Source: Mobula hypostoma (taxonomy: Eukaryota). From it: 64,000 bases of DNA. The stretch spans positions 4,278,001 through 4,342,000 of the forward strand of contig NC_086108.1 of assembly GCF_963921235.1 (NCBI RefSeq). Reading direction: 5' to 3'. Both the position numbers and the translations under genes were made by a program. The notes beneath the pieces were generated by a model. It did not search any database. It worked only from the letters and a program-made list of their open reading frames with translations, and was not told the origin of the DNA. Shown here in pieces: positions 11,393 to 23,840 of this stretch (position 1 is the stretch's first letter; each line of letters begins with the position of its first letter).

Positions 11393-11820
11393 GTATATGT
11401 CACCATATACAGCCCTGAGATTCATTTTCTTGTGGGCTTACTCAACAAATCTATAGAATATTATCTCTAACATGATCAATGAAAGATCAACCAGAGTGCA
11501 GAAGACAACAAACTATGCAGATGCAAATAGAAATAAATAATGAGAACATGAGATAATGATACTACTGGTTTCCCTTAATCTAATGGTGATTTGATTGACA
11601 TAAACCGTATGCAGGACAAGCTTTTCACTGTGTCTGGGTACAAGACGACTGACTGCTCAAGTGAGCGAGGGATTTGATCACGTCTAACAATGAACCGGTC
11701 TGATGAAAGGCCAGTTGCAAGGGGAACGGGGAGGGGGATCCTCTCTGTACTGTGTGTATGGGTGGGTGGGACAAGGAATCGTACCCCCTCTCCTCTGACC
11801 CTCTTCCTTTTGTCTTGCAG

Positions 11821-12527
11821 GGGCCGGAGGATGGGTGGACGTTGCTGCTGTCACCACCGTGGGCGGGCCCACTGTGCTGGGCTGCTCCTCCTTCCAGCCA
11901 AGCCACCGTCGGACGCCCTCTGAGGCCGAGCGATGGCTGCAAGAGGTGGCAAAGGCAGCCCGGGCCCAGCAGCAGCCGGTTTCTGTGCCAGTGGGGCCTC
12001 CTGTCGTGCCTGTGGCCCTGGACGCGCCCACCGGCCTCTTCGGTCCACCGCCCCTGCAGCCGGCCTTTGTGCCCATGGCAACCTTCCCGCCACCAGTTGG
12101 GGGGCTGGCCAATGGCCTGACGTTCCCCGCCGCTAGCGTGCCCGTGGTGGGCATCACCCCCTCGCAAATGGTGGCCAATGCTTTTGGCAGCGCCCAGGTT
12201 TCGCACGGCTCGCAGGCTTCCAGCGTCAAGGTCCCCTCCTTCCCGCCGGCCTTTGGGCTCACCTCCTCCTCCTCCACTCCTACTGCCATCCTCCAACCCA
12301 CTGCTGCCCGGCAACCCAACGGCACGGGGGCTGCCATCTCCTGCCAGCCAGCCGCTGCTGCTTCGCTAGGCCAGGGACCCTGGCTGCCCGAGAACCCGGC
12401 CCAGGAGGCCGACCGCTTTGAAGCCCAGTGGGCCGCCCTGGAGTCCAAGAGCCAGCCGCGGGCCACCGCCCTGCCCACCAACCCCTTCACCGCCGACCTG
12501 CAGAAGACCTTCGAGATCCAGCTCTGA
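11821..12527 (+). CDS. numbl: Numb-like protein terminal coding exon (proline-rich region, NPF motif)
   Basis: Strong acceptor ctgaccctcttccttttgtcttgcag; phase 1 continues the frame; HRRTPSEAERWLQEV, VPVVGITPSQMVANAF, FEAQWAALE, NPFTADLQKTFEIQL; stop TGA 12525-12527. Confidence 0.93.
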
Positions 12528-14650
12528 GAGAGGCCCCGGCCCTGCCGTCCGAGCTGCAGAACCACTGAGAAGGAACACTTGGAATTTCCTCCCACCTCTC
12601 TGCGCCAGGCGCCCATCGAGAGAAGGCCAGCCCCACTGTCTGCGCCCCCACCCCCTCTGTGGAAGGTCCAGTACAAACCTTGAGCTGTGGGAGGAGACCC
12701 ACCCCACCCACCCCTCCCTCCGCTTCTCCTCTCCCTCCTCCCCCCCCATCCCTCCTCCCACCCTCAAGTATCCCTTCTAAATAGTGGCCTCACTGTAGTG
12801 AGAACGTTGGGCACACCCTTGGAATCTGCGTGGGAAGCTTGATCCCGGCTGGGCAGCAGCAACTGCAGCTTCCCGCTTCTCCACGCCCACCCCCCATTAG
12901 CTCCGCCATTCTGGGAACCGGTGGGCTGGGATTCATGCACTTAGACAGAAGCCTAAGTCTTTCCTTCCCTCCAAGCCCTGCCCCCACATTCTTGCACCTT
13001 ACTGCAGAAATCTAGACAATTCTGTCAGCTTTGAAATTTCGCACAAAGAGAGAGCTTATTTTCCTCTTTAAGCCCTCCTGGTGGCTCTTTTAATCCTTTC
13101 AAAGAATTTTAAAATCCAGATCACATGCTGCCAAGTTAACTGCCTACCAAAGGCCCGATCTGAGCTGAGCAGAGCCAGGTGATTTCATTGCAGTGTATCC
13201 TAAGTGTGAAAGGGTTGAAGTTAGGAGGGAAGTAGAGGCTTCTGGCCTGTTGGCTTGTGGTTGTACATCCACTGGCTTTGGAGCTAGGGTTATCTGCTGG
13301 CAGGCTGGGGGTCTCCCATGATAGTTCTCCCAGGAGACAGGGCCAAAACAGAAACGGGCAACCAATTTCCTTGTGGCTGTTTCTTTGGGATGAAAACAGA
13401 ACATTGGAAAGGCTCGGTAACAGTGGGAAAGATGAAAGACCATTGTCCTGAGCCGAAAACTCTGCTTCTGTCCTACACAGATGCTGCCTGATCTGCTAAG
13501 TATTTCTGGCATTTTATTTCAGAATCTCAACATCTGCAGATTTGCTTTTTGATTTTCAATTTGCATCTTTGAGATTTGGCCCAAGTTATCTCAGCCTGAT
13601 TTGGTCCGGCCTGGTGATGCCCACTGAAGTCCAAACATGCAGGTAGCTATGGTGATCACAGATTTTGACCTCTGAGGCAGGAAAGTATATGACACTTTTC
13701 CTTTAAAATTAAGATAGTGTAGAGATATTCTATATTCTAAGGTATTTTGGTAAAAATATATATATTTACTAAGGTTTTTGACTTTTTTTTTAAAAAATGA
13801 CTCTCAGAGAAAACTTGACCACAACATAAGTATGGACTCTCCAATTTCTGAAAAGCTATGCAACTGAACACTAGACATGGGAGACCAGCATGGAAAGCCT
13901 CAGTCCAGTCCAGGGACCAGAAAGGCCCTACCTTCCTTCTAGCATCCTTCCTGCTCTCAGGATGTCCAAAAGCAGCCAACAGGAAGCCTGGTTGTTACTG
14001 TAAGGTGGGTGGTTGGTTGAGTGGAGATGGTAGAGAGAAGGCCTGTGGTTTTTCTCCCCTCTAGTTTTGAGGAACGTGCCCATTTGCTGTTCCCTCCTCA
14101 GCCAATGCTTCACCAAGGCTTTCCTCTACCTCACAGAGTTAAAATAGTTCACTTGTTCCTCCACCGTCTCTCGTTACCCCCGAATGGACCATAGTGTTGT
14201 GACAGCAAATGGCCTTACTTAATCCACTGTTAGTTTAATCATCGAGATCAAATTCCCCAGCCAGGGGTGATAAGGAACACTTGGCCAGACTTCGAGTTAG
14301 ACAATAGACAATAGGTGCAGGAGTAGGCCATTCAGCCCTTCGAGCCAGCACAGTTACTCCCTGCTGATGGATCTCTCTTTATCTACTAATCCTTGGGCTT
14401 CCTCTGAGAGTCAGGAATGATGAGCAGAATTCCAAAATTTCAGTGTATTTTAGAGTACAAATATTCAAATAAGAGCCAATAAACGACGCTAAAGGGTGTG
14501 AGACAAAGGAATAAGGATGGCACCTCAGAAAAATCCATCACTTTAATAGATAAGGGAAATTCCTTAGATAGGAATAAACTAGTTAATAGGCTACACGACT
14601 AATTACATCATGTGGGTAATTTTTAACCAATAAAAAAAAATGAGAAAGGT
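12528..14650 (+). other. numbl: Probable numbl 3' UTR (end uncertain)
   Basis: Mostly non-repetitive sequence after the stop with AU-rich blocks and three AATAAA at 14478, 14573 and 14629. Confidence 0.55.
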
Positions 14651-15936
14651 GATAAACCGTTAATTTAGCTGCTATACCGTTTTCTGCCAGTGAGTGTGAA
14701 AAATACACGAGTTTGTTAAAAAGTACAATTCTTATAAAAAGCATTATTTTAAAACAACAGTGGTTTCCAACACTGCCAAAACAAGGACCCTTGTAATTGA
14801 GGGAACAATGTGGAATTATGTGATGCAAACTCCACTCAGAAACACAATAGAATCAACAGAAGTCCTTATCCAAACAGGACAGACATCAACCAATATACAA
14901 AAGACCAAAAACAGTGCAAATATGAAATGAAAGAGAAAGATAATAAATCAATATGCAACGAATAGAATAATTATAATGCCTGTTGTCATTACATCAAGAG
15001 AGGTTCAGCTCACCCCAAAGGAAATCCAGATGTGAATCCGATTAACCACCCGTTAGAGTAGCAGCCCTGTGGTCTGAGATGGTGTAACAGCCCAGGCAAG
15101 GAGATGATTCTTAAGGGGCATCTCATGGGAGGAGAGGTTTAGAGAGTGAATTTTCTAATTGTGGAGTAATACTGCACATTACAGGCCCCTCGGTCCACAA
15201 TGCTGTACCAGCCCTGCTCATGATCAGCCTCACCCTTCCCTCCCACACAGCATTCCATTTTTCTACCACCCACGAGTCTATCTAAGAGTCTCTTAAATGT
15301 CCCTAATGCCTCCATCACCACCCCTAGCAATGCGTTCCTTGTAAAGAACAATTTCCGTATACTGTACTTTCCTCCAATCACATTGAAATTTTTCCCACTC
15401 ATATTAGCCATTTCAGCTGGGGGAGTCTCTGTCTGTCCACTTGATTTCTTCCTCTGTCAAGTCATCGGAGGTGAACAGATTTCAGACGACTGGGGATGAT
15501 GAGAACAAGAGGTAGAAGAATTTAAAAGCAAGAATGAGAATTTTAAATGGTTTAGACCATAAGACATAGGAGTAGAGTTAGGCAATTTGGCCCATCAAGT
15601 CTGTTCCACCATTTAATCATGGCTGATCCTTTTCTTTCCCCCCTTCTCAGTCCCACTCGCCAGTTTAGGAAAATCAACGGGCAGCTCTGCTTCTTGGAGT
15701 TCAGTCTGGGTTCATTTTAAGCTGAGGTTTGGTGTCCAGGCTGTAGGTGATGTTGTGAAGGCCCAGGCAGGAGCAAAGCCTTGGGACATTCTCCCCTTCC
15801 CATGACACTTCCTCCTTCCTGATTATATTGCACAATTGAACATTCGCATTTTCCTTCCGTTTAATAATTTACAAGCCCTCTATTAGAAGCAATTTCTTTT
15901 GCCTGATGAATATTGATGAGGAAGTTAATAAGACCG

Positions 15937-15950
15937 GTTGCCATGGTTAC
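15937..15950. promoter_or_regulatory. RFX X-box motif inside a unique non-coding block
   Basis: GTTGCCATGGTTAC (reverse GTAACCATGGCAAC) fits the X-box consensus; CCAAT about 20 bp downstream. Confidence 0.55.
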
Positions 15951-16869
15951 AGTCTACTGTCTGCGTAGGCCAATTCCTTGCTGTAATGTTTACAGGGGCA
16001 GCTTGTTGGCTTTTGTTCAGTGGAAGAATTGCCTGTTAATGTTTGTGGCAGCCAGTCAGTTGCTCCTGGTTCATTTCCCAGCCCCTGCTAACCGGCCTTG
16101 ATGCCTGCTCCCAATACACTGCCTTTATTTATGAGCAGACTGGGAGAAAATGAGGAGGAGGCAGATAAGAATTTGAAAGATCAGTGGGTGGGGATTAAGG
16201 GATGTGGATTTCGAGGAGGCCTGGGGCAGATCTGTCACACGTACCTTGAAAGGCCAGAAGGGCCAAGTGGCCTCCCCTACTCCTAGAACAGCACACACCA
16301 ATCGGCTGGAAGGACTCAGCCGGTCGAGCAGCGTCTGTGGAAGGAATGTCCGTTGGCCTGGCCGTCAGTTCCAGATAGCAGTCACTCGCTGGGACAAAGA
16401 AAAACTTACCCCTCAATTCCCCTTCAGAGTTCCTTCATCTCACCGGAAATCCAAATCCTTTTATTTCAGTACCCCTAGCATAGGGAAACGTCTCTGACTA
16501 TCCATCTAATCTAAAGATTAAGATTAGCTGTATTTGGTACAGTGAAGTGAACCGTTTCCATCAACAGCCAACACAGTCCGAGGATGTGCTAGGAGACGGC
16601 CCACATGTGGCCATGCTTCTAACATAGTATGCCCATAATTTATCCCAACCTGGGCAAACGTGGGAGGAAACCAGACCACCCGGAGGAAACCTACACAGTC
16701 ATGTGGGCTCCTTTGAGGTAGCGGCGGGAATTGAACTTGGGAGGCTGGCACTGTAAAGTGTTCTGCTAACCACTACACTGCCTGACATCTTGTGTCAGAT
16801 CACCCCTCAGCTTCCTGGGCTCTGGGAAAGACGAGCCCAGCCTCATTCAATCTCTTCACGACTGTTTCC

Positions 16870-17137
16870 TATTGCCTTCTTCTGGGCAGTGTCCTTACAA
16901 GACGGATGACCCCAGCCATTATCAATACTCTTCAGAGATTGTCTGCCTGGTGTCAGTGGTCGCATAACCAGGACTTGTGATGTGCACCAGCTGCTCATAC
17001 GACCATCCACCACCTGCTTCCATGGCTTCACGATCGGGCGGCTAAGCAGGTGTTGCACCTTGCCCAGGGTGACCTGCAGGCTAGCAGAGGGAAGGAGCGT
17101 CTTAAACTTCCATTGGTAGAGACACATTTCCACCCCA
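16870..17137 (-). mobile_element. SINE-like element with RTE/BovB-type tail
   Basis: Near-identical to 35510-35885 and 48535-48895; reverse strand contains CCCAGAAGAAGGCAAT. Confidence 0.65.
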
Positions 17138-18837
17138 GACTAATTCAATGCACCTTCACTTCATAACCAAGCTCTAGTAGAACTCTGGCTGCTTCCAATA
17201 ATTTCATACCTCCCCTGATAGCGCCCCCTACCTGTTGCTGATGCCACACAAACTTCTTAAATAATTATAACCACTTATAGTTTATAAATCCATATTACTG
17301 TTTTTTTTAAAGTACAAGTAATATATTGCTTTAAATTAATTTTTTTTTAAAAGACCTACCTTTACTAAAGTCACACATGATCAGCCACTGAAAGGTGGCA
17401 TCTGGGTGTAGTTCTAAAGTGAAGGCAGCCAGCGGCCTGCATTGTTCCGGGGTTTGGCACAGAGGCGTACATTGGGGGGGGTGGGGGCAGCTGGACTGAG
17501 GGGGAGAGGGTTGTAAAAGTTCAGGCGCTGGGGAGAGGATTCCAGAGGTTGAGATGCAGGTTACCTAGGGGTGGCCAGGTGACCTGCCCAGAGAAAGGCC
17601 ATTAAGGTACAGGAGCAGAGTTAGGCCTCTCAGCCTGTCGAGTCTGCCATTCTGTCTTAGCCTCGGGGGGCTTTTCCCTCTGCCCTCTGTGTCCCCGTCA
17701 GCAGGCAGTTCACAAAGTGCTGCTGCTCGCATGGATGTTCTGCACAGCTGTTTTGTCCTTCTGTATCATCCTACCACCCCTCTCCCCCCCTCCTCGCCGC
17801 CCTTCCGGCCAACCATGTCCCTCTCTACCCTCCCAATCAACCGTGACCGTCCCCCCTCAGCACCGGGAGGGACAATGTGAGCCAGATCCTCCCTCCCATC
17901 CCGCCTAGGTAGCGCTGACCCATCTAGGAAGTGCCCCGATCCGTCCTCAGTGCTGTGAGGGGTGGCGTTACTCCTGTCCTGGCAGAACGCGTAGTTCCCA
18001 CTGGCGAAGTGGGACACAGCAGGACAGGGCATACCAGGCGCGGCGTGGGGAGCATCTTACCCGTGGGACTGACGTGGAAGCGCAGAACCCATTTGCCATC
18101 CGATATTCCAGCCCTGGAGAAGAGGACATGTATGTTGGGGGGGAGGAGGCAGCGGAGGAGAGAGAACAGAGGAGGCCAGTTCAATGTGACACCACCCTGT
18201 TTTCAAAAAAAAACACAAAACTATTCCTAGTTCGATTCCGGCCATTGGCGGCGTTGAGAGTCCGTCCAGAGGAGAGGATTCTCTAGAGGTCCAGTCAAGG
18301 GATACCCCGGTTTCCCATGCCTTATGTCTTAATATTACCTGGCGGAGATAAGGGAGCTTTTGGTAAGCCAGGATCTCAGACCCACCTGTGTTACGTTTCC
18401 ATGCATGGGGAAATATTGCATTGTGGGGTTTTAAATTAATGCCAAATTCTTATTTTATATGTATTAATATATATTTGAAATAGTTATTGTTTATTAAGCT
18501 CAAAGTAATAGCAATCATCATCAGAACCAGGAGGTGAGTTCATGGCAGGAGTTCAATCTTTGAAGATAGTCTCATCTTTTGGGAAATTGTCTGGTTCACC
18601 AAGAAATGCTCTGACCTCTATACACTACCAGGGTTTACAATTAGGGCCGGGACCAATCACCCATCGTGTCTGCCTGCCAGTGCTTCACCCTCTTACAGAC
18701 AGGATGGTGGGACCAAAACTCCTCGCTCCATCCCCAAATCATTTACCTTGTTTTGACTTGTCTCCTGTCCTTCTCCAAGCAATTGGGTGGCATTTGTGTC
18801 AGTGTCCCTGGGCTGGGCTGTTTCTCATTGAGTTAAT

Positions 18838-19049
18838 AGAAACATAGAAACATAGAAAATAGGTGCAGGAGTAGGCCATTCGGCCCTTCGAGCCTGCACC
18901 GCCATTTATTATGATCATGGCTGATCATCCAACTCAGAACCCAGCCTTCCCTCCATACCCCGTGACCCCTGTAGCCACAAGGGCCATATCTAACTTCCTT
19001 TTAAACATAGCTAATGAACTGGCCTCAACAGTTTGCTGTGGCAGAGAAT
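18838..19049 (-). mobile_element. Young CR1 family A 3' tail, inserted at the tail of an older CR1 (19050-19345)
   Basis: (AGAAACAT)n tail; near-identical to 37594-37807. Confidence 0.9.
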
Positions 19050-20863
19050 AGAGTCATAGAAAAGTACAGCACAGAAATAGGCCTTCAGCCCATCTAATCC
19101 ATGCCAAAACCATTTAAATGGTCTACGCTCAGTAACTTGCACCGGGACCATACCCCTCCACACCCCTACCGTCCATGTACCTATTCAAACTATGCTTAAA
19201 TGTTGAAATCGAGCTCGCATTCGCTACTTGTGCTGGCAGCTCATTCCATTCTGTCAACGCCCTCTGAGTGAAGAAGTTTCCCCTCCTGCTGCTCTTTAAC
19301 CTTTCCCCCTGAACCCATGGTCTCTAGTTGCAGTCCCACCCATAATGGCAAGTTGATCTGCAACGACTTCCAATGGCCCTGTGGAATCTCCGCAATTAAA
19401 TAAAAACCTCTCCATCCTTGCAGATCCAAATCCTGTCTGGTTCCAGTTGGAAGGCAGCTTTGTCCACATCTCCTCCCACCCCCTCACACTGCAGCCTCCC
19501 TGGTACCATGCAGGAATAAAATTCCAAATAGAGTTCTCCACTCAAATGATGGACGCAGAAAATACATTCAATATGCAGATGGGTATGTGGCTCAAATCCG
19601 TCTTCTCCCTCATTCACAGCACATCTCTCATTCAGATTCACATTTATTCAGCACTTGTACATCAAACCCTACAGTGAAAGGCTTCATTTGCATCAACAGC
19701 CAAAGCTGGGCCGGGGGTAGCCCAGAAGTGTCACCGCACGTTCCAGCATTGACGCAGCTTGCCCACAGTGTTCGGCAGACCTCCAACCCCAGGCGAAACA
19801 AGCCTGCTTCACCCTCCCACCCAGTCGCACTCACAGTCCGTGGCCCCGGGACTCGTCAGGCACTTTATTCTGCGCCCTCCCCAATGCCCCTTCCGCCCTA
19901 CAACCTCCTAGGTAATTGACATTTGGAAATTCGCAGTCCTCTGTGCCGTTGCTGTGCACTGCAGAGTGCTGGAGATGTCCCTCAGAGTTGTTACAGGACT
20001 GTGGGTGGAGAGGGGATGAATTTTCACTCCCCCATTCCCCAAATTCACATTCCTTTCCATTCATCCCATCAAGTCCATGCCCACTCTCAGAGCAATCACA
20101 TTCAGCTACTAATTCCCCCCACCCCACAAGATATATTCACTCACCCACACACTGGAATGTGCAACAGTACAAGGCTTTCTGCCGTTGATGTTGTGCCAAC
20201 CTTTAACCTGCTCTAAGGTCAATCTGACCCTTCCCTCCCACACAGTGTCCCTTTTTCTATCATCCATGTGCCTATGCAAGCAACAGCAAAGCCCCAAAGA
20301 GAGACGATGGTCTACAGTCCATCAGAAGCTAACTGTTCATTCCGGCCTTCCTCAGGCTCCCTCTCTCACTGAGAAGGGAGGGACGGATGTCACTCCTTCC
20401 ACAGCGAGAGGAGGGGCAAACAGTCGCTGTATTGATGTTACAGTCACAGTCTGAAGCCTCGTCTTTATTTCAGGTTCCCTGACTTGAGAATTGGCACCAA
20501 ACTCTCACTCCCCATCGAGAGAGGGAGAGAGAGAGAGAAATTGCTCACCGAGCCCTCTCACTGTCAAATGCCACACCACTTCGATTGGGACGACTTACTA
20601 GAACTAAAACACGACTAAGCCAAGAGTATCGCCAGACAATTTTTCAAAATGTACTATCGGTGAATTCATGAAGATATTTAAAATCCTTTAACCTCTTAGT
20701 ATTAGCTTTACTTGACCATACCTTTTTTTTTGTTAAAAATGACCAAGTACTGTATTTAAGGGCCTGCAAATCCACTTGCTGTTAATCTTCAGTGGTGGAC
20801 ATGGCCCATGTCATATTATGGGCATCTGTACCGGGCTTTGTGTTTAACCTGTGGATATGTTCC

Positions 20864-20910
20864 AATAAACTGATTTACCATACAACACTAACTCCGTGTC
20901 TGTGCTGGCT
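20864..20910 (+). terminator. Candidate polyadenylation site
   Basis: AATAAA 20864-20869, CA dinucleotides 10-20 nt downstream, GU-rich ccgtgtctgtgctgg, upstream TGTA motifs and T-run. Confidence 0.5.
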
Positions 20911-21259
20911 TCATCGTTAGCTCTTGCACCCTGGAATCAGAGAGAGAGAGAGATGCGGCATGGAATTGATCCCACATCAACTATTGAGTCCTCATTTCTA
21001 CACACTTACCTTTAACTGCTTTCTTTTCCCTCAATCTCGATTCTACCACTCACCTGTGCACTAGTTATAGAATCATAGAGCACTACTGTGAGAGACAGGC
21101 CCTTTGGCCTATACTGAATTTTGTATCTGCCTGCTCCCATCGACTTGCACCAGGTCCATAGCCCTCCCTATCTCTCCCATTCATGTACCCAGCTCTTAAA
21201 TGCTGAAATTTAACTCCCATCCACCACTTCTGCTTTCACACTCTCAGATGAGGTTCCTA

Positions 21260-22780
21260 TAATCATATAACAATTACAGCACGGAAACAGGCCATCTCGG
21301 CCCTTCTAGTCCGTGCCGAACTCTTACTCTCACCTAGTCCCACCGACCTGCACTCAGCCCATAACCCTCCATTCCTTTCCTGTCCACAGAGCTATCCAAT
21401 TTAACTTTAAATGACAACATCAAACCTGCCTCAACCACTTCTGCTGGAAGCTCGTTCCACACAGCTACCACTCTCTGAGTGAAGAAGTTCCCCCTCATGT
21501 TACCCCTAAACTTTTGCCTTTTAACTCTCAACTCATGTCCTCTTGTTTGAATCTCCCCCACTCTCAATGGAAAAAGCCTATCCACGTCAACTCTATCTAT
21601 CCCCCTCATAATTTTAAATACCTCTATCAAGTTCCCCCTCAACCTTCTACATTCCAAAGAATAAAGACCCAACTTGATCAACCTTTCTCTGTAACATTAG
21701 GTGATGAAACCCAGGCAACATTCTAGTAAATCTTCTCTGTATTCTCTCTATTTTGTTGAGATCTTTCCTATAATTTGGTGACCAAAGCTGTACACAATAC
21801 TCCAAATTTGGCCTTACCAATGCCTCGCACAATTTCAACATTACATCCCAACTCCTATACTCAATGCACCGATTTATAAAGGCCAGCATACCAAAAGCTT
21901 TCTTCACCACCCTATCCACATGAGATTCCACCTTCAGAGAACTATGCACCATTATTCCTAGATCCCTCTGTTCTACTGCATTCTTCAATGCCCTACCATT
22001 TACCATGTATGCCCTATTTTGATTAGTCCTACCAAAATGTAGCACCTCACATTTATCAACATGAAACTCCATCTGCCATCTTCCAGCCCACTCTTCTAAC
22101 TGGCCTAAATCTCACTGCAAGCTTTGAAAACCTACTTCATTATTCACAACTCCACCTATCTTAGTAGTAAGTAGCATACTTACTCATCCAATTTACAACC
22201 CCATCATCCAGATCATTAATGTATATGACAAACAACATTGGACCCAGTACAGATCCCTGAGGCACACCACTAGTCACCGTCCTCCAGACAAACAGTTATC
22301 CACCACTACTCTCTGGCATCTCCCATCCAGCCACTGCTGAATCCATTTTACTACTTCAATATTAATTTCTAACGATTGGACCTTCCTAACTAACCTTCCA
22401 TGTGGAACCTTGTCAAAGGCCTTACTGAAGTCCATATAGACAACATTCATCGTCAACTTTCCTAGTAACCTCTTCAAAAAATTCAATAAGATTTGTCAAA
22501 CATGACCTTCCACGCACAAATCCATGTTGACCGTTCCTAATCAGACCCTGTCTATCCAGATAATTATATATACCATCTCTAAGAATACTTTCCATCAATT
22601 TATCCACCACTGACGTCAAACTCACAGGCCGATAATTGCTAGGTTTACTCTTAGAACCCTCTTTAAACAATGGAACAACATGAGCAATACGCCAATCCTC
22701 CGGCACCATCCCCGTTTCTAATGACGTTTGAAATACTTCTGTCAGAGCCCCTGCTATTTCCACACTAACTTCCCTCAAGG
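21260..22780 (-). mobile_element. CR1 LINE ORF2 (RT and C-terminus), frameshifted, 5' truncated
   Basis: ORFs 22422-22778, 22274-22486, 21647-22072 and 21334-21681 with NYRPVSLTS, QHGF, YMDFSKAFDKV, LEYCVQ.WSP. Confidence 0.93.
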
Positions 22781-23840
22781 GAAGTTCCTCATAAATATTA
22801 CAAGTTTCACCTTTAACCCATGACCTCTAGCTCCAGTCTCACCCAGCTGCAGTGGGAAAACCCTGCTTGCATTTACCCTATCTATACCCCTCATAAATTT
22901 GAATACCTCTATTAAATCTCCTCTCATTCTTCTGCGCTCTAGGGAATCAAGTCATATCATAGCCATAGAAAAGTACAACACAGAATCAGGCCCTTCAGCC
23001 CATCTAGTCCGTGCCAAACCATTTAAACTCCTGTATTAGGAACAGAACCCTCCATACCTGCCCTCCCATCCATGTATCTATCCAAATTGAGCTTGCAGGC
23101 ACCACTTGAACTGGTAGCTTGTTCCACACTCCCACCACCCTCTGAGAGAAGTTTCCCCTCGTGCTCCCGTTAAACTTTTCACCTTTCACCCTTAACCCAT
23201 GACCTGTTGTTGTAGTGCCACCCTATTCAACCTTTCCCAATAACTCAAGTCCTGGCAATATCCTTGTAAAGGGTTCTTTGTACACTTTCAATCTTTCAAT
23301 TTCAGGCAAGACTGGGGAGAGTAAAAAAAATGTTTTGTTAGACCATAGAACATTATAGCATTGTATAGGCCCTTTGGCCCATCACACTGTGCTGGCCCTA
23401 AAACCTGTTTTAAGATCAATTTAACCCTTCCCTCCTATATTGCCCTCCATTTTTTCTGTCATCCATCTGTCTGTCTAAGAGTTTCTTAAATGTACATAAT
23501 GTAACCGCCTCTACCACCACCCCTGGCAGGGTGTTCCACACACCCACCACTCACTGTGTAGTCAACTTACCTCTGACATCGCTCATATGCTTTCCTCCAA
23601 TCATCTTAAAATTATGCCCCCTTGTTTTAACCATTTCCACCTTGGGAAATAGTCTCCACTCGATCTATGCCTTTCATCACCTTGTACATCTCTATCAACT
23701 TACTTCTCATCTTCCTTCACTCCGAAGAGCAAAGCCCTCGCTTAGTCAACCTATCTTTGTAAGTCACGCTCTCTAATCCAGACAGGATGTGGTAAATCTC
23801 CTCTGCACCCTCTCTAAATCTTCCACACCCTTCCTATATT
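22781..23840 (-). mobile_element. Several older CR1 3' fragments
   Basis: Repeated antisense QRVV..WN.LP motifs and tails. Confidence 0.75.

Noticed and set aside
11625..12676. Long minus-strand ORFs (229 and 330 aa)
   Set aside because: Antisense shadows of the GC-rich numbl terminal exon; no independent motifs
13323..13329. AGTTCTC miR-146 seed match in the UTR
   Set aside because: A single 7-mer is expected by chance and conservation cannot be assessed here
17712..17765. CAAAGTGCTG resembling miR-17/93 family mature sequence
   Set aside because: No complementary GCACTT arm nearby, so no pre-miRNA hairpin
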